From Sulfolobales archaeon HS-7 (lineage in GTDB: Archaea > Thermoproteota > Thermoprotei_A > Sulfolobales > Sulfolobaceae): a DNA stretch of 64,000 nt. This document shows positions 33,662 to 43,828 of the stretch, piece by piece. Within the stretch, counting starts at the first letter, position 1. Each line of letters starts with the position of its first letter. Below the pieces are notes generated by a model that had not been told where the DNA came from, searched no databases, and saw only the letters and a list, made by a program, of their open reading frames with translations. The stretch lies in NCBI GenBank assembly GCA_019704295.1, contig AP024596.1, positions 800,001 to 864,000 on the forward strand, read 5' to 3'. The position numbers were made by a program, and so were the translations under genes.

Positions 33662-34719
33662 TTCTTTATATCTAAAGCTTGAGATAAATGCTCCCTCACA
33701 CTGCTTATATTTTGCTTAGTTTTTGCAGAAACAGGAACTATTCCAATAACCGGTTCATATTTATTTTGAATTAACTCTTTAGCTTTCCTAATTTTAACGT
33801 CTATGTCCCTTGTAATATCTATTTTATTTAGGAGTAATAATAGGGGTTTACCACTAAGTCCTATTTGTCGCATTATATTTATGGAACCCATAAACATTTT
33901 TGTAAAAATCTGTATATCACTAGACGCATCTATAACAAGAATTAATGCGTCAGAAAACTTTGCCTCAGATAAGGTTACGTGAAACGCCTCAATTATTTGG
34001 GGGGGAATACTCATTATGAAACCTACACTATCTACTAGAACTGCCTTCGCTCCATTTATATCAATTGAAGCTCTCTTTGGGGACATCGTCGTAAACATGG
34101 AATTATCAACCTTCTTGTTAAGACCCGACAATACATTAAATATAGATGTCTTACCAACATTTGTATAGCCTAGAATAGTCACCTGCGGCAGTCCACGCTC
34201 TTTAAGCTTCTCAAGTCTCAGTGTAGTTACTGTCTTTATTCGCTGCAATTCATTATTTAATCTAGATATTCTTCTTTTATGATATTTTAATAGTGCCTCT
34301 AATTCATATTTTCCTCCGCCAAAGGGACCTTGTTGTTCACCGAGTTTACTCCTTCTAATTTGATCTCTTAGTAGCGGAACTTCGTACTTTAATTTAGCAA
34401 GTTCTATCTGCAATTTCGCCTCTTTCGCTCCGGCATGTAATGCAAATATTTCTAGGAGAAGTTGTATTTTATCTAGTATTCTGATATTTTTTAATTGTAA
34501 GCTCAAATTTATAAGTTGCCTAGGCTTTAGGGTATCAAATATTACTACTACATCTGGCATATCGCTGTTTATCTGTTTAATTTTATCCTCACTAATAAAA
34601 TATTTGGGATTATTTTTTTCGCCTATTTTATACTCTCTTATAATCTTATAGTTTAAAGTACTTACTAACGCTTTAGCCTCTACCGCATCATCTAGTTTTG
34701 AAAAAAGTATACAATTCAA
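33649..34719 (-). CDS. hflX: GTPase HflX
   Basis: IFALHAG..EAKLQIELA, GYTNVGKTS, MFTT, DSVGFI, NKID. Confidence 0.95.
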   Translation of the reverse strand: MNCILFSKLDDAVEAKALVSTLNYKIIREYKIGEKNNPKYFISEDKIKQINSDMPDVVVIFDTLKPRQLINLSLQLKNIRILDKIQLLLEIFALHAGAKEAKLQIELAKLKYEVPLLRDQIRRSKLGEQQGPFGGGKYELEALLKYHKRRISRLNNELQRIKTVTTLRLEKLKERGLPQVTILGYTNVGKTSIFNVLSGLNKKVDNSMFTTMSPKRASIDINGAKAVLVDSVGFIMSIPPQIIEAFHVTLSEAKFSDALILVIDASSDIQIFTKMFMGSINIMRQIGLSGKPLLLLLNKIDITRDIDVKIRKAKELIQNKYEPVIGIVPVSAKTKQNISSVREHLSQALDIKKYIY

Positions 34720-35222
34720 TTTTTCCTTACCTTATTTCTGATATTGACTATGTCGCCTAATGTGAGCTCGAACTCATCATCATTGCCTTCTAACTGGTTA
34801 TCTGTTCCTTCTTCAAAATTTTTTGTAATAAGGGATATATTTAAAATTTTTTCAAGACTCTTCGCTTGTTCTAGCGTAGGTCTTAATTTGCCGCTCTCAA
34901 AACGCTTTACAATATTCTCCTGTACTTTCATTTTATCAGCTAATTGCTTTGTAGTCATATGCAATCTTTCACGACCTTCCCGGATTAGTTGTCCATAATT
35001 CTCAATAATGTCTTCTTCTGGTAAATCCCTTATTGTCCTTCTGGTTATCATTTTTTTAGAATTAAATTTTTTTTGTTGTTGTTTAATAACTTTTGCATCA
35101 CTTTTCACTTTATTATAGCAAATATCGCATAACGATAACGTGGCTCCTTCTATGTTTACTTGGGTAACATTATTAGTTTTTCTTCCACACATTTCACAGT
35201 ATAACTCTTCCCCTCTTCGCAT
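34716..35222 (-). CDS. mbf1: Multiprotein bridging factor aMBF1
   Basis: CEMCG..C..C Zn ribbon, HTH and LTLGDIV. Confidence 0.92.
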   Translation of the reverse strand: MRRGEELYCEMCGRKTNNVTQVNIEGATLSLCDICYNKVKSDAKVIKQQQKKFNSKKMITRRTIRDLPEEDIIENYGQLIREGRERLHMTTKQLADKMKVQENIVKRFESGKLRPTLEQAKSLEKILNISLITKNFEEGTDNQLEGNDDEFELTLGDIVNIRNKVRKN

Positions 35223-35293
35223 TTGTACCTTAAAATAATAATTAGCATTAAACGTTATTAGCCTATCTATATAATTAATAGTACTGGATTAGT

Positions 35294-36472
35294 TTGTCAG
35301 GTAGTATAGATGATTATCCAGTAAGCAGAAGCGGAGACGACTCAATAATAAAGATCTTGGAAGAGAAAGTAAAAAGTATGCAGGTTGAGATAGAATCCTT
35401 AAGAAAAGAATTAATATATTATAAAAGCGAGTTCGAAAAGCTCATGAGTCCTCCTCTAATAGAGGCTACTGTACTTGACGTTCTTGAAGACGGTAGAGTT
35501 GTGGTTAGAAGCTCTTCTGGACCAAATCTTATAGTGAATGTATCGCATAATATCGATTACGGACTCATAAAACCTGGTTCTGTTGTAGCCCTAAGCCAAA
35601 GAGGTTCTACAGTGGTGGAGGTATTACCTGATAGGGACGATTTATTAGTGAAGTCGTTAGAGGTTATTGACAGACCAAATGTAACGTTTACTGACATAGG
35701 TGGACTGGATGAACAAATTAGGGAAATAAAGGAAGTCGTTCAACTTCCGCTAACAAATCCCAGCATCTTTAAGGAAATAGGAATAGAACCACCTAAAGGT
35801 ATTTTGTTATATGGTCCTCCGGGGACAGGGAAAACGATGTTAGCTAAAGCAGTAGCCAGAGAAAGCAACGCTACTTTTCTTCATGTAGTCGCCTCAGAAT
35901 TCGCGCAAAAATTTGTAGGTGAGGGAGCTAAACTAGTCAAAGAGTTATTTGAACTTGCCAGAAAAAAGAAACCTTCAATCGTGTTCATTGATGAGATAGA
36001 TGCTATCGCTGCTAAAAGGATCGAAGTAGGTACTAGTGGTGAAAGAGAAATTCAGAGAACTTTAATGCAGTTACTCTCTGAGATAGACGGATTTAACAAT
36101 TTAGAGGCGGTCAAAGTTATTGCGGCTACTAATAGAATTGACATTTTAGATCCAGCTATTTTACGACCCGGCAGATTTGATAGGCTTATCTACGTACCAT
36201 TACCAAATGAAAAAGGAAGAGAGGAAATATTTAAGATATATTTAAAAAGGATGAAAATTTCAGAGAAGATCGATGTCAAAACACTAGCTCTAATGACGAA
36301 TGAGTTTAGCGGAGCCGATATAAAGAATGTATGTATAGAAGCTGCGTATCAGGCTATAAGGGAAGGCAGGACCTCAGTATCAGGAACGGACTTCATAGCC
36401 GCAGTAAATTATATCAAATCAAAAAAGAATAATTTAACGAAAAACGTTGAGAGGAGTGAGAAGTTCATATGA
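35294..36472 (+). CDS. pan: Proteasome-activating nucleotidase
   Basis: Coiled coil, [23 protein letters not shown]. Confidence 0.96.
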   Translation: MSGSIDDYPVSRSGDDSIIKILEEKVKSMQVEIESLRKELIYYKSEFEKLMSPPLIEATVLDVLEDGRVVVRSSSGPNLIVNVSHNIDYGLIKPGSVVALSQRGSTVVEVLPDRDDLLVKSLEVIDRPNVTFTDIGGLDEQIREIKEVVQLPLTNPSIFKEIGIEPPKGILLYGPPGTGKTMLAKAVARESNATFLHVVASEFAQKFVGEGAKLVKELFELARKKKPSIVFIDEIDAIAAKRIEVGTSGEREIQRTLMQLLSEIDGFNNLEAVKVIAATNRIDILDPAILRPGRFDRLIYVPLPNEKGREEIFKIYLKRMKISEKIDVKTLALMTNEFSGADIKNVCIEAAYQAIREGRTSVSGTDFIAAVNYIKSKKNNLTKNVERSEKFI

Positions 36473-36953
36473 AGCAACAAAAGAAGATTTTGAGTTCTTA
36501 AATTCCGTGCTGATATATCAGTTAGGTAGGAAGGAAGCTGACGCCCTATTAAATGTACAGAAACTGTTTATTAGTCGTTCGCACTTTACTAATAGAATAA
36601 GAAACGTATATGATAATGATAAGCTATTATTTTCCTTAAGGCCGAAGGATGGAAGAGCGTCTCTATCCCTATTTGGAGGAGTAACCTTATTTAACAAAGT
36701 CCCCGATAGCTGGCTCATAATCAGGATTAAGGACGAGGTTGCTGAATTTATTGCGAAAGGTCTAAGTGTTTTCGCTAAACACGTTATTAGCGTAAATCCT
36801 GAAATCAGACCTGGGGATGAGGTCATAGTAGTTGCAAACAATAAGGTAGTAGGTGTAGGAAGGGCTACCCTATCAGGGAGAGAAATAGGTTATTTTAATA
36901 TTGGCGTAGCTGTAAAGATTAGAAGGGGTATAAACAATTGGCAAAAGTTATGA
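36447..36953 (+). CDS. PUA-domain protein (ArcTGT C-terminal-like)
   Basis: YQLG, RIRNV, G.SVFAKHV...IRPGDEV, AVKIR. Start may be the GTG at 36456. Confidence 0.85.
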   Translation: MRGVRSSYEATKEDFEFLNSVLIYQLGRKEADALLNVQKLFISRSHFTNRIRNVYDNDKLLFSLRPKDGRASLSLFGGVTLFNKVPDSWLIIRIKDEVAEFIAKGLSVFAKHVISVNPEIRPGDEVIVVANNKVVGVGRATLSGREIGYFNIGVAVKIRRGINNWQKL

Positions 36954-37657
36954 TAACAGGAGTTGATAGCAAACAGTTGCAAAACTCTACATTAATAACT
37001 GGGTTTAGAACCTTAGGAGAGGTTGGCTATTTAGCGGTGAGACATTTAATATTATCTACTAAACCTAGAAAAATAGGTGCAATAGTGACGAAGTATCAGA
37101 CAGATATTACGTTCTTGGACGAATACGGTTTGGCAACGCCATTTGACATCTTCTTTGATGAGGGGAAAAAAATAATCTATATACTGAATCATCTTCTTCC
37201 CATAAGAAGAGAATGGGCCGATTTTTCAAGGACTATAATTAAATGGTCCCTCTCATTAAATGTAAGTAATATGTTCTTGATAGGAGGGTTAGATAGGAGA
37301 TACAAAACTACGCAGGCATCTATGGCTTGGTTAAAAAATAACTATTCGCCCATTGAACTAAATATGCCGTTACTTGAGAAACAACAATTGATCATAGGTC
37401 CATTAGCCTTACTTATTATATATTCTGAACTATACAAAGTGCCAGCTTCGATCCTACTACCTTATGCGGATAGAGATAGACCAGACCCAGCAGCTGCGGC
37501 CGAAGCGGTTAACGTAATAAGCGAATTAATGGGACTGAAAATAGATGTTAATCAACTTTTGGAAGACGCTAAGCGGATCGAAGAAGAGATAACTAAACAG
37601 TTAAAACAACTACAAGATGAGATGTATAAATCACAACCGAATAGACATTATATGTAA
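36938..37657 (+). CDS. PAC2-family proteasome assembly chaperone
   Basis: GFRTLGEVGY, IIGPLALL, PDPAAAA, LLEDAKRIE. Confidence 0.88.
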   Translation: MAKVMITGVDSKQLQNSTLITGFRTLGEVGYLAVRHLILSTKPRKIGAIVTKYQTDITFLDEYGLATPFDIFFDEGKKIIYILNHLLPIRREWADFSRTIIKWSLSLNVSNMFLIGGLDRRYKTTQASMAWLKNNYSPIELNMPLLEKQQLIIGPLALLIIYSELYKVPASILLPYADRDRPDPAAAAEAVNVISELMGLKIDVNQLLEDAKRIEEEITKQLKQLQDEMYKSQPNRHYM

Positions 37658-39141
37658 TGTAGCTCAGCCTTACATATTCTCTCAATTTTTTTAGCTAACT
37701 TTGCTGAAGCGTAGATAGTGATCTGTTTACTGTCGTTGCTCTTACAAAACTCGGCTAAGGTCTTAAGTAGATCCCGTTTAACCTCGTACTCTAACGACTT
37801 AGAGTTTTCGAATTGCGATAGTGGGTATATCTCTGAAACATTTATCGGTATCAACCCGAAATATGGATAGAATATTAATACCTCTGCCTCAGGAAACTTT
37901 TCCCTAATATTCCTTACAAATTCTGACGAAATAAACGGTTTTCTTATTTTTAAGCCATCTATTAATATTATACTATTTTTTTCAACTTTATAATTTTTCA
38001 TAAAAGTCTTATGCCTTGTTATCTCTGGACGCCAGAGGGAATTCCTTGTAATCAAAAATATTCCCTTTTCTCCTGTTCGACGGTCGTAATTTTCCAAATA
38101 TTCTTTATATTTTTTTAATCTATTAAAGGAATCGTAAAGACTTGGATGTACAAGGGATTTCTCCTCTGCATATTCGAATAACCTACCCTCTCTAATTGCT
38201 ATTTTTATCCTTTTTATTTCCTCAGATATTTTAATTAAATTGTGAATAGAGAGAAGCCTCGTTCTATCTTGATATTCCATCTCTTTTAATTCCTTGGGAA
38301 GATATCTAGAGCATACGTTACAACTACAAGGGAAATAGTCTAGTTGATCTAATTTGTAAACTCTCCCTTCTGTTATGTATCTGCCATTCCTTGCATATAA
38401 AATATATGAGGCTGAATCAAAGGTATCCACACCTAAGATTACCGCTATAGGAAATACATGTGGCAATCCTGCACCGAAGAGATGGAGGGCTTTTCCTCTA
38501 CTTACGTTAGACTTTGCAGTATAAATCATCTCTACAAGTTTAACGTAATTATACTCCTTCATAAGTACGGTTGGGCTTCCCAATCCTAACATCTTATACT
38601 TGTTCGCCGAATCAGCCATTTTCGCCGAGAAGCTTAACAATTCAAGATTATATCCACCTTGAATAGGATGCAACCAAACAATTCTTTCATTATCTATTAC
38701 ACTTTCAACCTCTTTTCCTCTTTTTATTGTTTCTTCTACTGAATATTTAACTTTTTCAACCTTATTAGAATTACCAGTAGGAATATCCAGTATTACTCCA
38801 ATGTCAGGAAGAATAAGATTCTCGTATTCTACTATTTCTTTATTAGTCACGTCCACGTTTCCGTATTCTAGTATTTGGTATGCGCCAGAATCAGTCATTA
38901 TTATTTGGTCTGTATTAAAAAATGAATGAATAGTAGAACTTATTTGCATTTTTTTAAGGAAGTATGCATTAGTTATGAAGTTATCAAATCCTAACGATTT
39001 TAGATCCTTAGGGGTTATCGTAGTATCTGAGGGATCAATAACAGGAAAAAACGCAGGGGTTTCTAGTTTTCCATGTCGCGTATGGAGTACGCCTATTCTC
39101 CCTGCGAGGTCTTCGTACTTTATTTCGAAGTCTCCGTTCAT
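37648..39141 (-). CDS. tgtA: Archaeosine tRNA-guanine(15) transglycosylase
   Basis: ETPAFFPV, MTDSGAYQ, IQGG, HLFG, DTFDS, C.C..C..HN. Confidence 0.95.
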   Translation of the reverse strand: MNGDFEIKYEDLAGRIGVLHTRHGKLETPAFFPVIDPSDTTITPKDLKSLGFDNFITNAYFLKKMQISSTIHSFFNTDQIIMTDSGAYQILEYGNVDVTNKEIVEYENLILPDIGVILDIPTGNSNKVEKVKYSVEETIKRGKEVESVIDNERIVWLHPIQGGYNLELLSFSAKMADSANKYKMLGLGSPTVLMKEYNYVKLVEMIYTAKSNVSRGKALHLFGAGLPHVFPIAVILGVDTFDSASYILYARNGRYITEGRVYKLDQLDYFPCSCNVCSRYLPKELKEMEYQDRTRLLSIHNLIKISEEIKRIKIAIREGRLFEYAEEKSLVHPSLYDSFNRLKKYKEYLENYDRRTGEKGIFLITRNSLWRPEITRHKTFMKNYKVEKNSIILIDGLKIRKPFISSEFVRNIREKFPEAEVLIFYPYFGLIPINVSEIYPLSQFENSKSLEYEVKRDLLKTLAEFCKSNDSKQITIYASAKLAKKIERICKAELHYI

Positions 39142-39581
39142 TGCTTCTGCTCTTTTTTCTTCTTTATATATTCATTGTAGATGTCAGTTACTTTCTGGGC
39201 TAAAGGACCAGTGCCCTCCACACCAATATTTTCCGTTACTGTAATTTTCTCCATAATGGTAACTACTCCGGTTTCCTCGTAAACCTTTACATCACCTGGT
39301 CTTAATTTTAACGTTTTTTCCACAAGTTCCGCAAATTCACTGGGTACGAATAGAGGAGTTGTCTTCATGAGTATTTCTGAAATGCTATTACCGTTAATAA
39401 CTACCTTGTAATAGGAGTTGTTATTATTGTCTTTCGCATTAGTTAAACTTAATGTAAGTGAAGGTAAGTCGTAACCCGTGAGTTGTCCTATATATTCCTT
39501 TCCACTAATTAGCCTGACCACGACTTGTTTATCAAGCATAGATGCGATGTCATTTACTATTCTCCTATTCTGGGAACTCAT
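39138..39581 (-). CDS. Lsm/Sm-like protein with C-terminal extension (SmAP3-type)
   Basis: Sm1/Sm2 fold plus C-terminal domain (GVEGTGPLAQ). Confidence 0.88.
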   Translation of the reverse strand: MSSQNRRIVNDIASMLDKQVVVRLISGKEYIGQLTGYDLPSLTLSLTNAKDNNNNSYYKVVINGNSISEILMKTTPLFVPSEFAELVEKTLKLRPGDVKVYEETGVVTIMEKITVTENIGVEGTGPLAQKVTDIYNEYIKKKKEQKQ

Positions 39582-39632
39582 TTAAACACCAAATAGAAAT
39601 AAAGTTGGACGGATAAATAATGGTGATCATCT

Positions 39633-40004
39633 ACGGTTAAGAATACCGAATTATCTCTCTCTGGGAAAGTAACTGACATTAAAGAAGGTACATTACCTGG
39701 AGTTTACGTGATCGAAGTTGAGGGAGACGGTATTGCGTTTTCAGTAGATATGGTCAAGGAATTAGTATCACTCACAAAGGGTCAGGAAGTTATAGTATCC
39801 CTTACAAAAAGTAAACCAGAATTTACGGAAAGGGATTTTTGTGCAAGAGGATATGTATTCCATGAGAGGAACGTAAACGGAAGGTTCGTTACACTAATAT
39901 CATTGTTTGGTCTATTGGTTAAGGTGAACTCTTCAGAAGGTCTTTTACAAAAGGGAGTATTCGCTATGTTAGATCACGTCTATCTTTGTATAAAGGTGAA
40001 GTGA
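39633..40004 (+). CDS. rpo8: RNA polymerase subunit Rpo8 (RpoG); likely ACG start
   Basis: DFCARGYV, TLISLFGLLVK, LDHVYLCIK. Homology extends 25 codons upstream of GTG 39708 to ACG 39633, which lies behind SD GGTGAT. Confidence 0.9.
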   Translation, partial: TVKNTELSLSGKVTDIKEGTLPGVYVIEVEGDGIAFSVDMVKELVSLTKGQEVIVSLTKSKPEFTERDFCARGYVFHERNVNGRFVTLISLFGLLVKVNSSEGLLQKGVFAMLDHVYLCIKVK

Positions 40005-40006
40005 AA

Positions 40007-41068
40007 ATGATGGTAAGGAAAATTAGCGAAATAGAACCTATAAAGTGGAATAATGGCGAGGTGGTTTGGCTTAATGTAGCTAGACTGCCATGGGAAGAGG
40101 AATATAAACATTCGTCGAATTATGAAGACATAGCTAGAGCTATAGAAGTAATGGAAATAAGGGGTGCCCCTGCGATTGGTGTCGCTGCAGCATATGGAAT
40201 AGCAGTTGCAGTGTATAATTATAACGGAACGACCCAAGAGCTTTTAGAAGTAGCGAATAAAGCGTCTGAACGACTTAAGAGAACTAGACCGACAGCGGTA
40301 AACTTATTCTGGGCAGTAGAGAGAATGATGAACAAGGGAAACTATCTCTATCGGGATAACGTTAATCCCGAATCTTTCAAATCCTCTCTGCTTGAGGAGG
40401 CACATAAGATAAAAGAAGAAGATATACAAAATAATAAAAGAATGGGAGAAATAGGTAGCTCAGTTATAAAAGACGGAGACGTAATTCTAACACATTGTAA
40501 TACTGGTTCCCTTGCAACAGCTGGATTCGGCACAGCTTTAGGAGTTATAAGAAGTGCATGGTTACAAGGTAAAGACATTCAGGTAATAGCTACGGAAACT
40601 AGGCCGTTATTGCAAGGAGCTAGGCTGACAATTTGGGAATTATGGAAGGATGGAATACCTTCAAAACTCATTACTGATAACATGGCCGGCTTTCTAATGC
40701 AAAAGGGGCTAATATCTAAAGTAATACTGGGCGCTGATAGAATATTAAGGAATGGACACGTAATAAATAAAATAGGCACTTATTCGTTAGCAGTACTCGC
40801 TGAGCACCACGGAATAGAATTTTATGTTGCTGCACCAACTTCAACTATAGACATACAAACATCATTAAATGATGTTATAATAGAAAGCAGAAAAAGTGAA
40901 GAAGTAAAGAACGTAATGGGCAAACTTACGATAACAGTTGAAGAAGCGGATGCTATGAACTTTGCATTCGATATAACTCCTCCAGAACTTGTAACTGGAA
41001 TAATAACAGAGAAGGGAATTGCGAAATATCCTTTTAAAGAGTTGGAAAAACTCAAAAAAACTGATTAG
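40007..41068 (+). CDS. mtnA: Methylthioribose-1-phosphate isomerase (eIF2B-like family)
   Basis: IRGAPAIG, RPTAVNL, THCNTGSLAT, ETRP, NKIGTY, AFDITP. Confidence 0.92.
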   Translation: MMVRKISEIEPIKWNNGEVVWLNVARLPWEEEYKHSSNYEDIARAIEVMEIRGAPAIGVAAAYGIAVAVYNYNGTTQELLEVANKASERLKRTRPTAVNLFWAVERMMNKGNYLYRDNVNPESFKSSLLEEAHKIKEEDIQNNKRMGEIGSSVIKDGDVILTHCNTGSLATAGFGTALGVIRSAWLQGKDIQVIATETRPLLQGARLTIWELWKDGIPSKLITDNMAGFLMQKGLISKVILGADRILRNGHVINKIGTYSLAVLAEHHGIEFYVAAPTSTIDIQTSLNDVIIESRKSEEVKNVMGKLTITVEEADAMNFAFDITPPELVTGIITEKGIAKYPFKELEKLKKTD

Positions 41069-42720
41069 TCTTCTTTTTCAGACTCCCCTTCTTTTTTCTC
41101 CGGACCTTTTCCTGCTCCAGTAGATTTCTTGCTTGCAGCTACCAGATCATCTATTCTTAATATGAGAGATGCCGCCTCGGTAGACGCCTTTAGCGCATTA
41201 ATCTTTACTACTGAGGGTTCAACTACGCCTAATTTCATCATTTCTTCTGGCTGTCCCGTAAATACATTTATACCATACCACTGTCCATTTTCTCCCTCAT
41301 GTAAACTTCTTAGTTTCATTAACATATCTACTGGATCAAGACCTGCATTTTCTATAAGAGTCATAGGAATTCCTTCAACGCCTGCTGCGAATGCCTGTAT
41401 TGCCAACTGTTCCTTTCCGCCAACTTGTTGTGCATACCTTCTTAACCTTTTAGCTATTTCTAGTTCTATAGCGCCCCCTCCAGCAACTATTCTACCATCC
41501 CTTATTACATCAGCAACTGTTCCTAATGCATCTTTTATGGCTCTTTCTACCTCATCAACAACCCTCTCTAATCCCCCTCTTATTAAAATACTTACTGATC
41601 TAGGATTCTTCGCCCCTTCGACGAACACCATCTTATCTTCTCCTACTTTCCTTTCTTCAACTAATTCAGCATGACCTAGGTCTTGTTCGGTTAACTCATC
41701 CAAGTTACTTACCACTCTACCACCAGTAGCTCTTGCTAGTTTCTCAAGATCACTCTTCTTGGCTCTTCTCACAGCAAGGATACCTTTCTTTGCTAGGAAG
41801 TGTTGAGCAACATCGTCAATTCCTTTCTGGCATATAACTACGTTAGCTCCAGTAGAAGCTATCTTGTCGACCATTTCCCTTAATATGTTCTCTTCCTCCT
41901 CTAGGAATTTGTTCATTTGCGTTGGGTCATTTATTCTTATTTCAGCATCAATTTCAGGTTTTTCTACCTCTAATGCGGCGTCAAGGAGTGCGATCTTTGC
42001 ATGTTCAACTCTTTTTGGCATTCCAGGATGGACTACTTCTTTATCCACGATTATTCCATACACTAGTTGAGTGTCGTTTATACTTCCTCCGTGCTTTTTA
42101 ACTAACTGAACGTTATCAAGATCTACATACCATTTGTCTCCCCTTTTCTCTGCTATTTGGGTTACTGCTTTCATAATAATTTCTGCAATGTAATCTCTTG
42201 CCCCTGCAATAGCCTTACTACTTAAGGATGTCCTGGCTACTTGTTTTATTATTTCAGTATCATTTATCGTAATATGCTTTGATAATTCATCAACGGCTTT
42301 TGTTGCCTCATCTAGAGCCTTCTTATACCCAGACACTATCACAGTGGGATGAATTTCCTTATCAAGCAGTTCTTCCGCTTTTTTAACAAGCTCTCCCGCT
42401 AGTACTACTGCGGTTTTTGTTCCGTCTCCAGTTTCCTCATCCTGACCTTTCGCAATTTGAACTAGTAACTTAGCAGCAGGGTGTTGTAAATCCATTTTAT
42501 CAAGTATAGTAGCTCCGTCGTTTGTAATCGTTATATCACCCAGACTATCTACTAACATTTTGTCCATACCTCTTGGGCCATAAGTTGTTCTTAGCGCTTC
42601 CTGAACAGCTTTCACAGCTGCTATATTATTTCTTAAGGCTTCTTTCCCGTAACTTCTAGACGAACCCTCTTTAAGTATGATTACGGGGATTCCTTCTGGA
42701 GTTGTAGCAAGTGTTGCCAT
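41065..42720 (-). CDS. thsB: Thermosome (group II chaperonin) subunit, beta-type
   Basis: [27 protein letters not shown]. Confidence 0.93.
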   Translation of the reverse strand: MATLATTPEGIPVIILKEGSSRSYGKEALRNNIAAVKAVQEALRTTYGPRGMDKMLVDSLGDITITNDGATILDKMDLQHPAAKLLVQIAKGQDEETGDGTKTAVVLAGELVKKAEELLDKEIHPTVIVSGYKKALDEATKAVDELSKHITINDTEIIKQVARTSLSSKAIAGARDYIAEIIMKAVTQIAEKRGDKWYVDLDNVQLVKKHGGSINDTQLVYGIIVDKEVVHPGMPKRVEHAKIALLDAALEVEKPEIDAEIRINDPTQMNKFLEEEENILREMVDKIASTGANVVICQKGIDDVAQHFLAKKGILAVRRAKKSDLEKLARATGGRVVSNLDELTEQDLGHAELVEERKVGEDKMVFVEGAKNPRSVSILIRGGLERVVDEVERAIKDALGTVADVIRDGRIVAGGGAIELEIAKRLRRYAQQVGGKEQLAIQAFAAGVEGIPMTLIENAGLDPVDMLMKLRSLHEGENGQWYGINVFTGQPEEMMKLGVVEPSVVKINALKASTEAASLILRIDDLVAASKKSTGAGKGPEKKEGESEKED

Positions 42721-43026
42721 GAGAATTCACCTACTACTTTTCCCTAAGTATCACTTCTATAAAAGATTATCGATCCCATACTTTGAATTCATGATAGGAG
42801 TTATTGGATACTTAATTCATACTCAAAGCCAATACGTCATAGTGAAAGCGCTACGAGACCGAAGAAAATCTATTAAACCTATGTAAGGTAAATTTTCTTG
42901 GAAAAATCTAGAATTACGCTAAATATATATTATCTTATATGGGCGCGACTGGGATATAAATCCAAGTCTGCTGAAGTTTAGTCTCTGCAATAGAGTTAAA
43001 AGCGTAAAGTACAGGTGTTTTAAATA

Positions 43027-43413
43027 ATGAGGAGAGAAGTATACTTAATACTCGCAATCCTTGTAATATTGCTTACTTTAGGTGGAGTTTATCTAGCATC
43101 TTCGTATAGGACAAATATAACTTATTCACAGGTTGGTAGTTCAAGTGTAGATGGTAAGTACGTGTTATATGTTAAAATTATAATGAACTACGGTCCTTTT
43201 GGAGGAAGTTCTCCACTTGATGATGCAGAAATCTGGATATACCATAATGGAATGTTTTACTCACAAGGTTACACCAATGGTAGCGGCGTAGTGCAATTCA
43301 CCCTTCCACCAGGTACCTATACGGTAAGAATATTACCCTTAAGGATGGAGGAAAACATATCTCTTAATGGTGATTGCGTTTTGACAGTTAATTACGCCTA
43401 TTTACATTCATAG
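43027..43413 (+). CDS. Small membrane-anchored or secreted beta-sandwich protein
   Basis: N-terminal hydrophobic helix; TNGSG..F.LPPGTYTV prealbumin-like pattern. Confidence 0.7.
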   Translation: MRREVYLILAILVILLTLGGVYLASSYRTNITYSQVGSSSVDGKYVLYVKIIMNYGPFGGSSPLDDAEIWIYHNGMFYSQGYTNGSGVVQFTLPPGTYTVRILPLRMEENISLNGDCVLTVNYAYLHS

Positions 43414-43479
43414 CATAATGTTTAGTAAAAATAATATATTTAGTTAAAGTATTACCTCGCTTTTATCTTTTCATGCATA

Positions 43480-43725
43480 GGAGGAGCGAAAGACCCGTAA
43501 GAGGTGCGATTGATAGTCCGGTATTATTTAGACATAAGTTTTCGGGAGGTATATCGATAATAGTCAGCCACGGGATAAGTGTCACCTAGATGCTTAAGTG
43601 AGGGTTTATGCGGTGGACCTACGCTCTAATCAGGAACTCCATATTCATCATACTATATGTTCACATCCGAGCTCGAGGTGCAAACCTTTAGTACTTCTGG
43701 AGCCCTCTTGGCAAGGCGGAGAAAT
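43480..43725 (+). mobile_element. Probable IS200/IS605-type right-end relic (tnpB 3' end/omegaRNA scaffold)
   Basis: GC-richer tract with an ERPVRGAIDSP..HK remnant. Ends in GGAGCCCTC..AAGGCGGAG, resembling the Sulfolobales IS605 right-end hairpin. Confidence 0.4.
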
Positions 43726-43828
43726 AGAAAGCCCTGTCCGCGAGAGCAAGGCAGTTTGCATACTATTAATGGTGAAAGATTCCGTGGGGATTAAGATCGA
43801 TAGTCTAGTACATTTAAAACTAGTTTAC

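Noticed and set aside
39627-39656. BHB intron in rpo8 that would fuse ATG 39620 in frame
   Set aside because: The required 4-bp central helix (TCAT/AATT) pairs at only one position; an ACG start is simpler. Kept only as a test.
41129-42070. Long + strand ORFs opposite thsB (and similar antisense ORFs over fttA, rrp4, rpp30, carB)
   Set aside because: Shadow ORFs caused by codon bias on the coding strand; no motifs.
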